Positions 43,064 to 51,900 of a stretch of DNA of 64,000 nucleotides are shown piece after piece. The translations under genes were made by a program, and so were the position numbers. Origin of the DNA: Thermoplasmata archaeon (lineage in GTDB: Archaea > Thermoplasmatota > Thermoplasmata > Lutacidiplasmatales > UBA184); contig JAKBSJ010000002.1 in NCBI GenBank assembly GCA_021844945.1, positions 294,965 to 358,964 of the forward strand. The letters are read 5' to 3'. Each line of letters opens with the position of its first letter. Positions within the stretch are counted from its first letter, which is position 1. Below the pieces are notes generated by a model that saw only the letters and a list, made by a program, of their open reading frames with translations, searched no databases and had not been told where the DNA came from.

Positions 43064-44467
43064 ATGCGCGTCCTGGTCGTGGGAGGAGGGGCCCGCGAGC
43101 ACGCGATCGCGGTCACTTTGGCCCGTGCCGGCGCCGAGATCGTCGTCGCCTCCCCTCACGCGAACCCGGGGCTCGAACGGATCGCGAAAGCGTCCGTCCG
43201 CGTCGACGTCGACGCGGCGCAGCGGGTTTCCGACTTCGGAGAGCGCCAGGAAATCGACTACGCGGTCATCGGTCCCGAGGCCGCGCTCGCCGCGGGTGCT
43301 TCCGATGCGCTGCGCGACGCCGAGATCCCCGTCGTGGGCCCCTCCAAGACCGCGGCGCGGATCGAGTCGAGCAAGCTGTTCTGCCGGGAACTCCTCGCGA
43401 AGCACGGGGTCGGCGGCCAGCCGAGGTGGCGCGCTCCCGAACGGATCGAGCAGGTCGAAGCCACCCTGGCCGAATTCTCCGGCCCGGTCGTGATCAAGCC
43501 GAGCGGCCTTACGGCGGGAAAGGGCGTGTGGGTGCAGGGTCCGGACTTCCCGGACGCTCGACCCGGTGCCGCCTACGCAAGAAGCCTTCTCGCGCAGGGA
43601 CAGCGGGTCCTGATCGAGGAGAAGCTCGAAGGCGAGGAGTTCAGCCAGATGGCGTTCGTGACCGACTCGGGGATCTACCCGATGCCCGCGGTCCAGGACT
43701 TCAAACGAGCCCTCGAGGGTGACCAGGGCGGCAACACCGGCGGAATGGGCTCCTACTCGCAACGCGACCACTTGCTACCGTTCCTGAGCGCGTCGCGACG
43801 CGATCGCGCGATCGAGATCCTAGCCCAATCGGTCGCCGCCCTCCGCTCCGAAGGGATCGAGTACCGCGGCGTGCTCTACGGCGGGTTCATGCTGACGGCT
43901 CAGGGACCGATGCTCCTGGAGTTCAACGCGCGATTCGGCGACCCCGAAGGCGTTAACGCGATGACGCTCTACGACGAGGGCAACTTCGACGAGCTCCTCT
44001 ACGGCGTCGCGTGCGGCCGGGTCGACCCGACGCTCCTCGAGTTTCGCCGACGCGCGACCGTGCTCAAGTACCTGGTCCCGCCCGGCTACGGGGACCGCCC
44101 ACGGCCGGGGGGCGTCCTCGAGATCGACGAGGCTGCGATCGAAGCCGACGGGGTCCACGTGTTCTACGGGAGCGTCGAGCCCGCGGGGCCGGCCGCGGTA
44201 CGTCTCGGGTCAAGCCGCGGAATCGCCCTCATCGGTGAGGCGAGCGCGATCCACGAGGCCGGAGCGCGCGTCGAGGCGGCCCTGGCCCACGTGCGTGGCG
44301 AGTTCTACGTACGGCACGATATCGGAACACTCGAGGACCTTGCCCGCCGGCGCGAGCACATGCGCCAGATCTTCAGCCCCGGGGCAAAGCCGTCCCCGCT
44401 CCCGCTCAGCGTCGCGCCGCCGGACGCCCCGCCCTCGAGCGCGGCACCGGACGAGATGCGCGTTTAG
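43064..44467 (+). CDS. purD: phosphoribosylamine--glycine ligase
   Basis: MRVLVVGGGAREHAIA.., VIKPSGLTAGKGV, ATP-grasp, NARFGDPE. Confidence 0.93.
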   Translation: MRVLVVGGGAREHAIAVTLARAGAEIVVASPHANPGLERIAKASVRVDVDAAQRVSDFGERQEIDYAVIGPEAALAAGASDALRDAEIPVVGPSKTAARIESSKLFCRELLAKHGVGGQPRWRAPERIEQVEATLAEFSGPVVIKPSGLTAGKGVWVQGPDFPDARPGAAYARSLLAQGQRVLIEEKLEGEEFSQMAFVTDSGIYPMPAVQDFKRALEGDQGGNTGGMGSYSQRDHLLPFLSASRRDRAIEILAQSVAALRSEGIEYRGVLYGGFMLTAQGPMLLEFNARFGDPEGVNAMTLYDEGNFDELLYGVACGRVDPTLLEFRRRATVLKYLVPPGYGDRPRPGGVLEIDEAAIEADGVHVFYGSVEPAGPAAVRLGSSRGIALIGEASAIHEAGARVEAALAHVRGEFYVRHDIGTLEDLARRREHMRQIFSPGAKPSPLPLSVAPPDAPPSSAAPDEMRV

Positions 44468-44504
44468 ACGAGGTCCCTCCCGCCCCGGTCGGCCCGCAAG
44501 CCCC

Positions 44505-44510
44505 TAATAT
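44505..44510 (+). promoter_or_regulatory. TATA-like TAATAT, about 28 nt upstream of the tfs ATG
   Basis: Same spacing pattern as the other promoters in this window. Confidence 0.4.
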
Positions 44511-44534
44511 CGGCCGGTCGGTCAAACCGTCTCC

Positions 44535-44846
44535 ATGTTCTGTCCGAAGTGCCACCGTCTGATGCGCCCGGATAAGGGAAAGGGGGTCTGGGTCTGCACC
44601 TCCTGCGGCACGAAGGTCCCGCTCGGTTCCGGAAAGGAGGTCGGTCGCTCCGCTCCCTCCGGGCGGACGGTCGCGGTCGTCGAAGAGTCGAGGACCGGGA
44701 CCCTTCCGACGACGAACGAGCAATGCCCGAAGTGCGGGAACGATACGGCCTACTGGGTGCTCCGCCAGACCCGGGGCGCCGACGAACCCGAGACCCGCAT
44801 CTTCGAGTGCACGAAGTGCGGCCACAAGTGGCGCGAGTACCAATGA
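44535..44846 (+). CDS. tfs: transcription factor S (TFIIS/RpoM-like cleavage factor)
   Basis: N-terminal Zn ribbon MFCPKCHRLM..CTSCG. C-terminal CPKCGNDTAYWVLRQTRGADEPETRIFECTKCGHKW with the acidic DE hairpin. Confidence 0.9.
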   Translation: MFCPKCHRLMRPDKGKGVWVCTSCGTKVPLGSGKEVGRSAPSGRTVAVVEESRTGTLPTTNEQCPKCGNDTAYWVLRQTRGADEPETRIFECTKCGHKWREYQ

Positions 44847-46147
44847 GCGCCGCCCCCCTCGTGCGGATCGCGGACGCCGGGCGGCCCGAGCGGATCGGTC
44901 AGCGCATCCGCATCCGCGGTTGGGTGCAGGGCACGCGCTCCAGCGGGGGGATCCTGTTCACGAAGGTGCGCGATCGGACGGGCGCGATCCAGATCACGGC
45001 GCGTCGTGACACGATCGGCGACGCGGTGTTCGACGCGCTCGAGCATGTCCAGATCGAAGGGACGATCGTCGTCGACGGCACGGTCATCGCCGACGCGCGA
45101 GCTCCGGGCGGACGCGAGCTGCGCGCCGACGCCGTGGAGATCATCGACGCCGGACTTCCGTTCCCGATCTTCGAAGAACAGACCGAGGAGTTCCGCCTCG
45201 ACAAGCGGCACCTCGCGATCCGATCACCCGAGATCGTCCGGACGCTCCGGTTGAAGGCCGAGCTGCTGCACGCGCTGCGCGAGTTCCTCGACCGGGAGGA
45301 AGTGCTCGAAATGACCCCGCCGATCCTTACGGGGAACCCCGCCGAGGGCGGGGCCGAAGCATTCGCGATCGACTACTTCGGGCGCCCCGGGTACCTCTCC
45401 CAGACCGCCCAGCTCTACCTCGAAGCGTTGATCGTGCCCCACGAGCGCGTCTACGCGATCACTCCGTCGTTCCGCGCGGAGAAGATGCGTACGCCCCGCC
45501 ACCTCACCGAGTACCAGCATCTCGAGGTCGAGCTCGCGTGGACCGACCTCGATGGCCTCCTCGAATTCATCGAGCGGATGCTCATCCACGTCTGCCACCA
45601 TCTCGCCCGAGCCGACCCCGAGGGGCTACGCGAGCTCGGACGCCCGCCCGAGGAGCTCGCCGCTCTCCGAGCTCCCTTCCCGCGCATCCGGTACGCGGAC
45701 GCGATCCAGGAGCTCCGGGCGAAGGGATACGCCGTCGATTGGGGCAGCAGCCTCGGCACCGCCGAAGAGCGCGCCCTGACGCTCGAGCGTTCGCTCCCGA
45801 TCTTCCTCACGCACTTTCCCCGTGAGATCACGGCGTTCTACATGCGAAGAAGCCCGAGCGATCCTCGTACGGTGGAGGCGGCCGATCTCCTCGCGCCGGA
45901 AGGGTACGGCGAGCTCGTGGGCGCCTCGTGCCGCGAGACGAGTATCGAGAACCTCGTCGGGCGTCTCACCGAGATGGGCGTCGACCCGGCGCCCTACGAG
46001 TGGTACCTCGATCTCCGCCGTCACGGGAACGTCCCGCACGCCGGCTTCGGCCTCGGCGTGGAGCGGCTTCTTCGATGGATCACGCGACGCGAGCACATCC
46101 GCGACACCACCCCGTTTCCCCGTACACCGAGCCGGCACACGCCCTAG
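44843..46147 (+). CDS. asnS: asparagine--tRNA ligase (class IIb)
   Basis: OB anticodon-binding N-domain, motif 2 FRAE, APEGYGELVGASCRE, YEWYLDLRRHGNVPHAGFGLGVERLL, PFPRTP (AsnRS-like rather than AspRS-like). The ATG overlaps the tfs stop (ATGA). Confidence 0.85.
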   Translation: MSAAPLVRIADAGRPERIGQRIRIRGWVQGTRSSGGILFTKVRDRTGAIQITARRDTIGDAVFDALEHVQIEGTIVVDGTVIADARAPGGRELRADAVEIIDAGLPFPIFEEQTEEFRLDKRHLAIRSPEIVRTLRLKAELLHALREFLDREEVLEMTPPILTGNPAEGGAEAFAIDYFGRPGYLSQTAQLYLEALIVPHERVYAITPSFRAEKMRTPRHLTEYQHLEVELAWTDLDGLLEFIERMLIHVCHHLARADPEGLRELGRPPEELAALRAPFPRIRYADAIQELRAKGYAVDWGSSLGTAEERALTLERSLPIFLTHFPREITAFYMRRSPSDPRTVEAADLLAPEGYGELVGASCRETSIENLVGRLTEMGVDPAPYEWYLDLRRHGNVPHAGFGLGVERLLRWITRREHIRDTTPFPRTPSRHTP

Positions 46148-46222
46148 AGCGAGCGCAAAGGGGCAAGGTTCATACGCAAATGCGCCGATGGCCCGCAGCG
46201 TTCGCCCGTCGGAGTATCTAGC

Positions 46223-46816
46223 GTGGTCAACCAACACAGTCCGGACCGGGCGGAGCGGTCGGCGGATGCCTCGTCCAAGCCCGACGGGGCCGGCGCTGCG
46301 GCGAAGCTCGAAGGCGCAGCGAAGCCGGAAACCCCGGCCAAACCCGAGACGCTGCTGGGCGTAGAGCGGCTGACGCATCTCGATGTTAACGAGGTCTGCG
46401 GGCTTTACAAGAAGGTCTGGGAGGCGCAGCGCGGCGAGCTCCCTCCCGAGATGATCAAGGCGTGGGTGCCGACGCCGCTCGAGTTCACGAGCTGGATGGA
46501 GGGCGTCAACTACTTCGCGGCCCGCCGGAACGGTCGCTTGGTCGGTGTCATCGGTCTCGAGATCTCACAAGGCAGCGGTCGGATCGTTCACCTCGCGGTC
46601 GATCCGGACGCCCGCCGCCAGGGCGTGGCGACCGCCCTCATCAAGGCCGCGATCGAGTGGGCCCGTCGCAGCAACTGCCCTTCGGTGTGGGCCGACGCGC
46701 TCTCCCGCTTCACCGCCGCCGCCGATCTTCTGACGCACCTCGGATTCCACGATGCCGGCGTGCTCCGCCGCCACCAGTGGAACGAGGACGTCCGCTTCTT
46801 CGAGCAGCTGCTCTAG
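46223..46816 (+). CDS. GNAT-family N-acetyltransferase
   Basis: RLVGVIGLEI..IVHLAVDPDARRQGVATALIKAAIEWAR (acetyl-CoA motif A Q/RxxGxA). GTG start; the N-terminal ~45 aa are low-complexity, so the start is uncertain. Confidence 0.75.
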   Translation: MVNQHSPDRAERSADASSKPDGAGAAAKLEGAAKPETPAKPETLLGVERLTHLDVNEVCGLYKKVWEAQRGELPPEMIKAWVPTPLEFTSWMEGVNYFAARRNGRLVGVIGLEISQGSGRIVHLAVDPDARRQGVATALIKAAIEWARRSNCPSVWADALSRFTAAADLLTHLGFHDAGVLRRHQWNEDVRFFEQLL

Positions 46817-46876
46817 GCGCGCGGCACCGCGGTCCGGTACGCAGCTTATTCACGGCCCGGGTTCGACCGAGCCGTC

Positions 46877-47285
46877 GTGACCCGCGGGGCTCGCAAGAGC
46901 ATGCGACGTTCGGTCTTCGGCCGCGACCCGCGGAACTACGACTCGGCGCGTCTTCCCTACCCGCCTCGGGGTTGGGAGATCCTCACGACTCGGTGCGGAT
47001 TGGTTCCGGGTGCGAAGGTCTTCGGGATCGGACGGGGGACAGGGTTGGCCACAAAGAGTTTCTCCGTCGGGGCGCGGATCCGCTGACGCTCATCGCGCCG
47101 GATCCACGTCGCGTTCCGTTCCTCAAACGCTCGCTCGCCCGCGAAGCGGCGGGCATCGAGATCGTTCCCCGTCCGTAGAGCGTGCCCGGCTCCCGAACGA
47201 AGGGTTCGATCTCGGGATGGCCGCCACCCGCGCGTATGAGTCGCTGCGGCCGCCAGTCGCGGAAGATGCAGGGGGTGAGATTTGA
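46877..47285 (+). pseudogene. frameshifted, 3'-truncated class I SAM-methyltransferase remnant
   Basis: Three consecutive frames carry collinear MTase pieces. Frame a: FGRDPRNYDSARLPYPP..VFGIGRGTGLATKSF..GAR*. Frame b: GADPLTLIAPDPRRVPFLKRSL..IEIV*. Frame c: ERARLPNEGFDLGMAATRAYESL... The last frame ends inside tRNA-Leu. Confidence 0.6.
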
Positions 47286-47351
47286 ACTCACGAACTCCTA
47301 CGAGACCAGGACCTCAACCTGGCGCCTTTGACCAAGCTGGGCCACCCCTGC
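47267..47351 (-). tRNA. tRNA-Leu (anticodon GAG), long variable arm
   Basis: GCAGGGG/TG/GCCC-AGCTTGGTCAA-AGGC/G/CCAGG-TTGAGGT-CCTGG/TCTCGTAGGAGTTC/GTGAG-TTCAAAT-CTCAC/CCCCTGC+A. CCA is not encoded. Confidence 0.92.
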
Positions 47352-47380
47352 ACTCTCGGTCCGCCTACCGAACGACCCCG

Positions 47381-47386
47381 ATAAAT
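47381..47386 (-). promoter_or_regulatory. TATA-like ATTTAT (minus strand), about 30-35 nt upstream of the tRNA-Leu 5' end
   Basis: The plus strand reads gATAAATc in otherwise GC-rich DNA. The position fits a tRNA promoter. Confidence 0.4.
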
Positions 47387-47428
47387 CTTGCTTTCGCCGA
47401 GGAGTCCGTCCGGGACGCCCGGGCAAGG

Positions 47429-47436
47429 TCTATTAG
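47429..47436 (+). promoter_or_regulatory. TATA-like TCTATTAG, 26 nt upstream of the alba ATG
   Basis: Spacing consistent with a leaderless alba mRNA. Confidence 0.35.
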
Positions 47437-47458
47437 CCGGCCCTCTTCGCCGGGCGCG

Positions 47459-47836
47459 ATGACGCCCGAAGGACCCCCGCACCGGGCCGCCCGGACGCAC
47501 GAAGACGGCCCGCACGTCTACATCGGCGCGCGGCCCACGATGACCTACGTTTTCCAAGTGGTCGCGCAGCTCAACTCCGGTGCCGGACCGGTGCTGGTGA
47601 AGGCGCGGGGCGCGACGATCTCGAAGGCGGTGGACGTGGTCGAGGTGATCCGACGCCGTCTCCTTCCCGGGGACGTCGCGGTCGGAGCGATCGAGATCGC
47701 GACGGAGCGACTGACCAACCGGGACGGACGGGACACGAACGTTTCGTCGATCACAATACCGTTGACGCGGACGTCGCCCCCTCCGCCGGTGCCGCCGAAC
47801 CCGCCGGCGCTGGAGACGAAGCCGGGGCCGACGTAG
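47459..47836 (+). CDS. albA: Alba DNA/RNA-binding chromatin protein with Pro-rich C-terminal extension
   Basis: VYIGARPTMTYVFQVVAQLNSGAGPVLVKARGATISKAVDVVEVIRRRLLPG..IEIATERLTNRDGRDTNVSSITIPLTR is the canonical Alba fold. It is followed by TSPPPPVPPNPPALETKPGPT. Confidence 0.88.
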   Translation: MTPEGPPHRAARTHEDGPHVYIGARPTMTYVFQVVAQLNSGAGPVLVKARGATISKAVDVVEVIRRRLLPGDVAVGAIEIATERLTNRDGRDTNVSSITIPLTRTSPPPPVPPNPPALETKPGPT

Positions 47837-49604
47837 GCGCGGCCGACGCGACCCAACGCCGGAGCACCCAAGTACCGGCCCAGAGGTCACCGATCCGCTG
47901 CCGCTCGCTCGATATGGAGACGGCGACGACGGCGACGGCCCCGCTCACTCCGAGCGCGAGCGCCACGATCCCGACGAGGACGAGCTCGAGGAGAGCTCCC
48001 GTAATCGAAGCGGGGATACCGGAGACGGTGATCGAAGCGCCCAGGGCGAGCGCGAGACCGATCGGCAGCGAGATGCCGAGCGCGCTCAGGGCGATGAGCT
48101 TCGGGCTCTCCCGGACCGTCGAGCGAAGGAACCCGGGCTTCTGACCCGCGCGATCGCGCACTTCGATGCCGCAGATCCACTTCCCGACCGACGTCCCGAG
48201 GATCGACGACAGGAGCGCGAAGTAGAGGAAGGCATAGGCAATGAACCCGTACGATGCCGCGAGGAGGAAGAGGGAGGTCGGTCCCCCGGCGGCGGTGAGC
48301 GCATCGGTCACCGACGGTGCGTGGATCAGGATCTCGTACCAAACCAGGATCGCCGGGAGAACCACGACGAGCAGGTCGATCGCGTACGCGGCGGCGCGCC
48401 GAGGGATCGTCGCAAATCGGAACATCGTGAGCCTCCGGCCGAGCCCCACGAGCGCCCGGGCCGTCTGAGCCCCCCGCTCGGCCTCGACCCTCTCGAACGG
48501 GCCGCGTTGCGATACCAGGTCGAGATTGGCCTGGTCGGCCGCAACCCACCCCGGGACCGGGAGGCCCTGCCAGGGCCGGTCCGCCCGGGCGGGGGGGGCC
48601 CGGAGGAGGATTCGCGCCTGATCGGCCGCCGCATGGCTCGCCTCTCGAGAGATCGCGAGCGACGCTTCGGAGGTCCCGGAGAACGACGAGCGGACCGCCT
48701 CGGCCAAGGCACCGTAGGGACTGGTCGGATCGAGCGGGATCCCATCCGTGGCCGGCACGTGCGTCGTTTCCATGTACCGTAGGAAGAGGTAGGCGACGGC
48801 GAGGGCGAGCAGCGGGGAGAGGTAGACGAGGTCGGAATAGTTCCCGCCTCCGATCACGTAGAGGCCCTTGAGGCTCGAAGCGTAGAGCGGAGGCTGACGC
48901 AACAGATCCGCGCCGATGATCACGCCGAAGGTCGTTGCGGCGTAGGCGAGCGGTACCGCGCGGCCCGTCTCGGACCCGTACAGATACGAACCGAGGATCG
49001 CCGCGACCGCGCCGGCCGCGATCGGTCCGACCAGGTACTGCGGGAACTCCACCTCGATCCCGACCCCGGGAACCGTCGAGCTCACGACGAACGTGAGCAC
49101 GAGAACTCCCGAGCTCAGGCCCACGAGCGCGGCGACCTCTCTCGTCGGCCCCAGCGACCGGGGCAGGGCCACGGCGCCGAGGGTCGCGAGCGCGGCGACG
49201 GCCACGACGCCGAGGGCCTGGACCGCCGGAGTCGGTACGAGCACGACGACCGCGAACGCCGCCGCGGCCTCGGCAGCGAAGATGCTCAGGAAGATCGGCA
49301 AGCTCCGCGATCGCGGCGGGGCGAAGTAGGCGAACAGTGCCGACGATAGGACGAGGGGGATCACAGCCCCTCCGATGTTGATCGCGAGGTAGTCGCCGTC
49401 GAACGGGAAGAGCGTCGTCTCCGCGTACACGCTCAACACCACAGCGGCGGTGAGAAGCCAGAACGTCCAGCGTTCGAAGCCGATGCTCTGCGCGTAGGCC
49501 CGGTCCTCCCAAAGGAAGAGGAACAGGAACAGCCACAGTAGCGGGACGAGGATGACCCCCACCGTGATCGCAGAGATGTTGAGGAGGTTGGAACCGATGT
49601 CCAT
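47751..49604 (-). CDS. large polytopic membrane protein with C-terminal RDD domain
   Basis: The N-terminal ~300 aa are multi-TM (..YLAINIGGAVIPLVL.., DUF1614-like, tentative). RDD module: PRRAAAYAIDLLVV..GTSVGKWICGIEVRDRAGQKPGFLRSTVRE. Start at ATG 49604 preferred over GTG 49658. Confidence 0.75.
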   Translation of the reverse strand: MDIGSNLLNISAITVGVILVPLLWLFLFLFLWEDRAYAQSIGFERWTFWLLTAAVVLSVYAETTLFPFDGDYLAINIGGAVIPLVLSSALFAYFAPPRSRSLPIFLSIFAAEAAAAFAVVVLVPTPAVQALGVVAVAALATLGAVALPRSLGPTREVAALVGLSSGVLVLTFVVSSTVPGVGIEVEFPQYLVGPIAAGAVAAILGSYLYGSETGRAVPLAYAATTFGVIIGADLLRQPPLYASSLKGLYVIGGGNYSDLVYLSPLLALAVAYLFLRYMETTHVPATDGIPLDPTSPYGALAEAVRSSFSGTSEASLAISREASHAAADQARILLRAPPARADRPWQGLPVPGWVAADQANLDLVSQRGPFERVEAERGAQTARALVGLGRRLTMFRFATIPRRAAAYAIDLLVVVLPAILVWYEILIHAPSVTDALTAAGGPTSLFLLAASYGFIAYAFLYFALLSSILGTSVGKWICGIEVRDRAGQKPGFLRSTVRESPKLIALSALGISLPIGLALALGASITVSGIPASITGALLELVLVGIVALALGVSGAVAVVAVSISSERQRIGDLWAGTWVLRRWVASAAPTSAPASSPAPAGSAAPAEGATSASTVL

Positions 49605-49658
49605 GACGAAAAGCTTCCCCCGCGCGCCGTGCGGAGGAAGGGCCGAGGGGGGGACCAC

Positions 49659-49666
49659 GTAAAATC
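49659..49666. promoter_or_regulatory. shared A/T element GTAAAATC between divergent genes
   Basis: It lies about 33 nt upstream of the aspA-like ATG 49697 and about 58 nt upstream of the opposite-strand ATG 49604. It is the only A/T-rich element in the 92-bp spacer. Confidence 0.3.
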
Positions 49667-49696
49667 CCTTGCCGGGTAGCTCCTCCAGGAGGGTCG

Positions 49697-51097
49697 ATGC
49701 CCGGGTCGCGCCAGGAGCAGGATTCCCTCGGAACCCGTGAGGTGCCGAGCGACGCCTACTGGGGGATCCAGACGCTCCGGGCGTGCGAGAACTTTCCCGT
49801 GAGCGGCTGGACCGAGTCGGTCCATCTGATCCGGGCGTACGCGTATCTCAAGCTCGCCGCAGTTCGCGCGAACCTCGAACTCGGCGGGATCGACGAACGT
49901 CGCGGCCGTGCGATCCTCCAGGCGGCGGAGGAGATGGCCCAGGGTCGGTTCGATCGCGAGTTTCCGATCGACGTGTTCCAGAGCGGGGCCGGAACGAGCT
50001 TTCACATGAACGTCAACGAGGTCCTGGCCAACCGGGCGCTCGAGATCCTCGGTATCCCCCGCGGGACGTACTCCGAGATCAGCCCGAACGACCACCCGAA
50101 CCGGGGCCAGTCGACCAACGATACCTTCCCGGCGGCAGCCCAGGTCGCGACGTTGCTCGCGCTCCGCGAGATTCGGCCCGCGCTCGCGACGTTGATCGCG
50201 AGCTTCCGGCGCAAGGCGGCCGAGTTCGCCGGGCTGGCGAAGGCCGGACGGACCCACCTCAAGGACGCGATGCCCGTGACCTTGGGCCAGGAGTTCGGTG
50301 CCTGGGCGACCGTCCTCGAGCGCCTCGTCGAGGCGCTCTCTCCCGTGGAGCACGCGCTGTGCGAGATCCCGCTGGGGGGCAGTGCCGTCGGCACCGGAAT
50401 CAATTCCGTGCAGGGATTCCGTGAGAAGTCCGTCGCGTACTACGCGTCGCTCGTCGGACTGCCGCTGCGGGTGGCGCGCGATCCGTTCGAGATGATGCAG
50501 AGCCGCTGGCCGCTCGCCTCCGCCGCGAGCTGGCTGAAGCTCCTATCGCTCGAATTGGTACGGATCGCCAACGACCTCCGCCTCCTCTCGAGTGGCCCGC
50601 ATACCGGTCTCGATGAGATCCGGATGCCCGAGATCCAACCTGGCTCGTCGATCATGCCGGCGAAGGTCAACCCATCGGCCGCCGAGTGCCTCGATATGAT
50701 CGCCTTCCATGTGATCGGAGCCGATACGGCGGTGAGCCTCGCCACGCAGGCCGGTCAGCTCGAGATCAACGTGATGATGCCGCTCGCCGCCTTCGAGGTC
50801 ATCCGCTCGATCGAGATCCTGACCCGCTACCTGCCCGTGTTCGCCCGCTCGTGCATCGACGGCATCGAGCCGAACCGAGCGAACCTCGAGCGCTACCTCC
50901 TCAGCTCCGGGGCGCTCGCCACCGTGCTGACTCCGCGGCTCGGCTACCTCAAGGTCGCCGAGCTCGTCCACGCCGCGGAGAAGACCGGGCGAACGGTCCG
51001 GGCGCTTGCCGTCGAGCAGGGTCTCCTGACCGAGGCCGAGGCGGAGTTGCTGCTCGGGGATGCCGCCCTCCTCAAGCTGACGGTTCCAGTGCCTTAA
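49697..51097 (+). CDS. aspartate ammonia-lyase / class II fumarase family lyase (AspA-like)
   Basis: DSLGTREVPSDAYWGIQT, QSGAGTSFHMNVNEVLANRALE, signature GSSIMPAKVNP. The AspA versus FumC assignment was made by eye only. Confidence 0.88.
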   Translation: MPGSRQEQDSLGTREVPSDAYWGIQTLRACENFPVSGWTESVHLIRAYAYLKLAAVRANLELGGIDERRGRAILQAAEEMAQGRFDREFPIDVFQSGAGTSFHMNVNEVLANRALEILGIPRGTYSEISPNDHPNRGQSTNDTFPAAAQVATLLALREIRPALATLIASFRRKAAEFAGLAKAGRTHLKDAMPVTLGQEFGAWATVLERLVEALSPVEHALCEIPLGGSAVGTGINSVQGFREKSVAYYASLVGLPLRVARDPFEMMQSRWPLASAASWLKLLSLELVRIANDLRLLSSGPHTGLDEIRMPEIQPGSSIMPAKVNPSAAECLDMIAFHVIGADTAVSLATQAGQLEINVMMPLAAFEVIRSIEILTRYLPVFARSCIDGIEPNRANLERYLLSSGALATVLTPRLGYLKVAELVHAAEKTGRTVRALAVEQGLLTEAEAELLLGDAALLKLTVPVP

Positions 51098-51099
51098 AG
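51094..51099 (+). promoter_or_regulatory. TATA-like TTAAAG, about 30 nt upstream of the trmB-family ATG
   Basis: It overlaps the stop codon of the upstream lyase gene. Confidence 0.35.
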
Positions 51100-51125
51100 G
51101 GGGACGCGCATCCTTCGTCCGTTCC

Positions 51126-51884
51126 ATGGTGGCCGCGACCAACTCGGGAGCGATCCTCGCGAACCAGGCTTCGGAGGAGTTTCGTCACGCCTCCGAGGTC
51201 CTCGGTCGCGTGGGGCTCACCCAGTACGAGGCGCGCGCCTACATCGCGCTGGTCGGACGCGGACTCGGCGACGCGTCCGCCATCGCGCAGTCGGCGGGGA
51301 TCCCGCGCACGAGCGCCTACAAGGTCCTCGAGTCGCTCGCGGACAAGGGCTACGCGAAGGCGACCGGTGGCAAACCCATCCTCTTCCGCCCGACCCCGCC
51401 GCTCGACGTCGCCGAGAACCTCAAGGGGGCGATCCAAGAGGTCTTCGAAGCGCTGGCCGAGCTCCATCGCGAGGTGGCCGAGCACGGGGAACCGCAGTTG
51501 GTCTACCTGTTGAGCGGGCGGGACAAGGTACTGGCGAAGATCACGGAGCTCCTCGACCAATCGACCCGCTCGTTCATCCTGACGACCCCTCGGCTCGCCG
51601 AGATCCGCGAGGAGCTCGAGAAGAAGGTCCAGCACGCCCTGAAGCGAGGCGTGGCGGTCACGTTCGTCACCGCCCCCCTCCAGCGGACTCCCGAAGGGGT
51701 CCAGTACGTGAGCCGCGAGAACCTGATGGCCACGGAGGTCCTCGCCGACGATCAGCACGCCCTTCTCGCGGCTCCCGGGCTGGAGGCGTGCGGGTACACC
51801 GACAACCCGATCCTGACCGCGCATCTCCAGCAGTTCCTGGAGATACTGCTCGACCGCGAGCCCGAGAGGCCCTCGACTCCCTGA
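51126..51884 (+). CDS. trmB: TrmB-family transcriptional regulator
   Basis: LGRVGLTQYEARAYIALVGRGLGDASAIAQSAGIPRTSAYKVLESLADKGY is a TrmB wHTH. It has the C-terminal effector-type domain. Confidence 0.85.
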   Translation: MVAATNSGAILANQASEEFRHASEVLGRVGLTQYEARAYIALVGRGLGDASAIAQSAGIPRTSAYKVLESLADKGYAKATGGKPILFRPTPPLDVAENLKGAIQEVFEALAELHREVAEHGEPQLVYLLSGRDKVLAKITELLDQSTRSFILTTPRLAEIREELEKKVQHALKRGVAVTFVTAPLQRTPEGVQYVSRENLMATEVLADDQHALLAAPGLEACGYTDNPILTAHLQQFLEILLDREPERPSTP

Positions 51885-51900
51885 ACGCGGGCGCACGACG

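Noticed and set aside
47887-49536. 549-aa alternative minus-strand frame inside the RDD membrane-protein gene
   Set aside because: The frame of 47751..49658 gives regular TM helices and an RDD motif. The alternative frame is an R/G/P-rich artefact.
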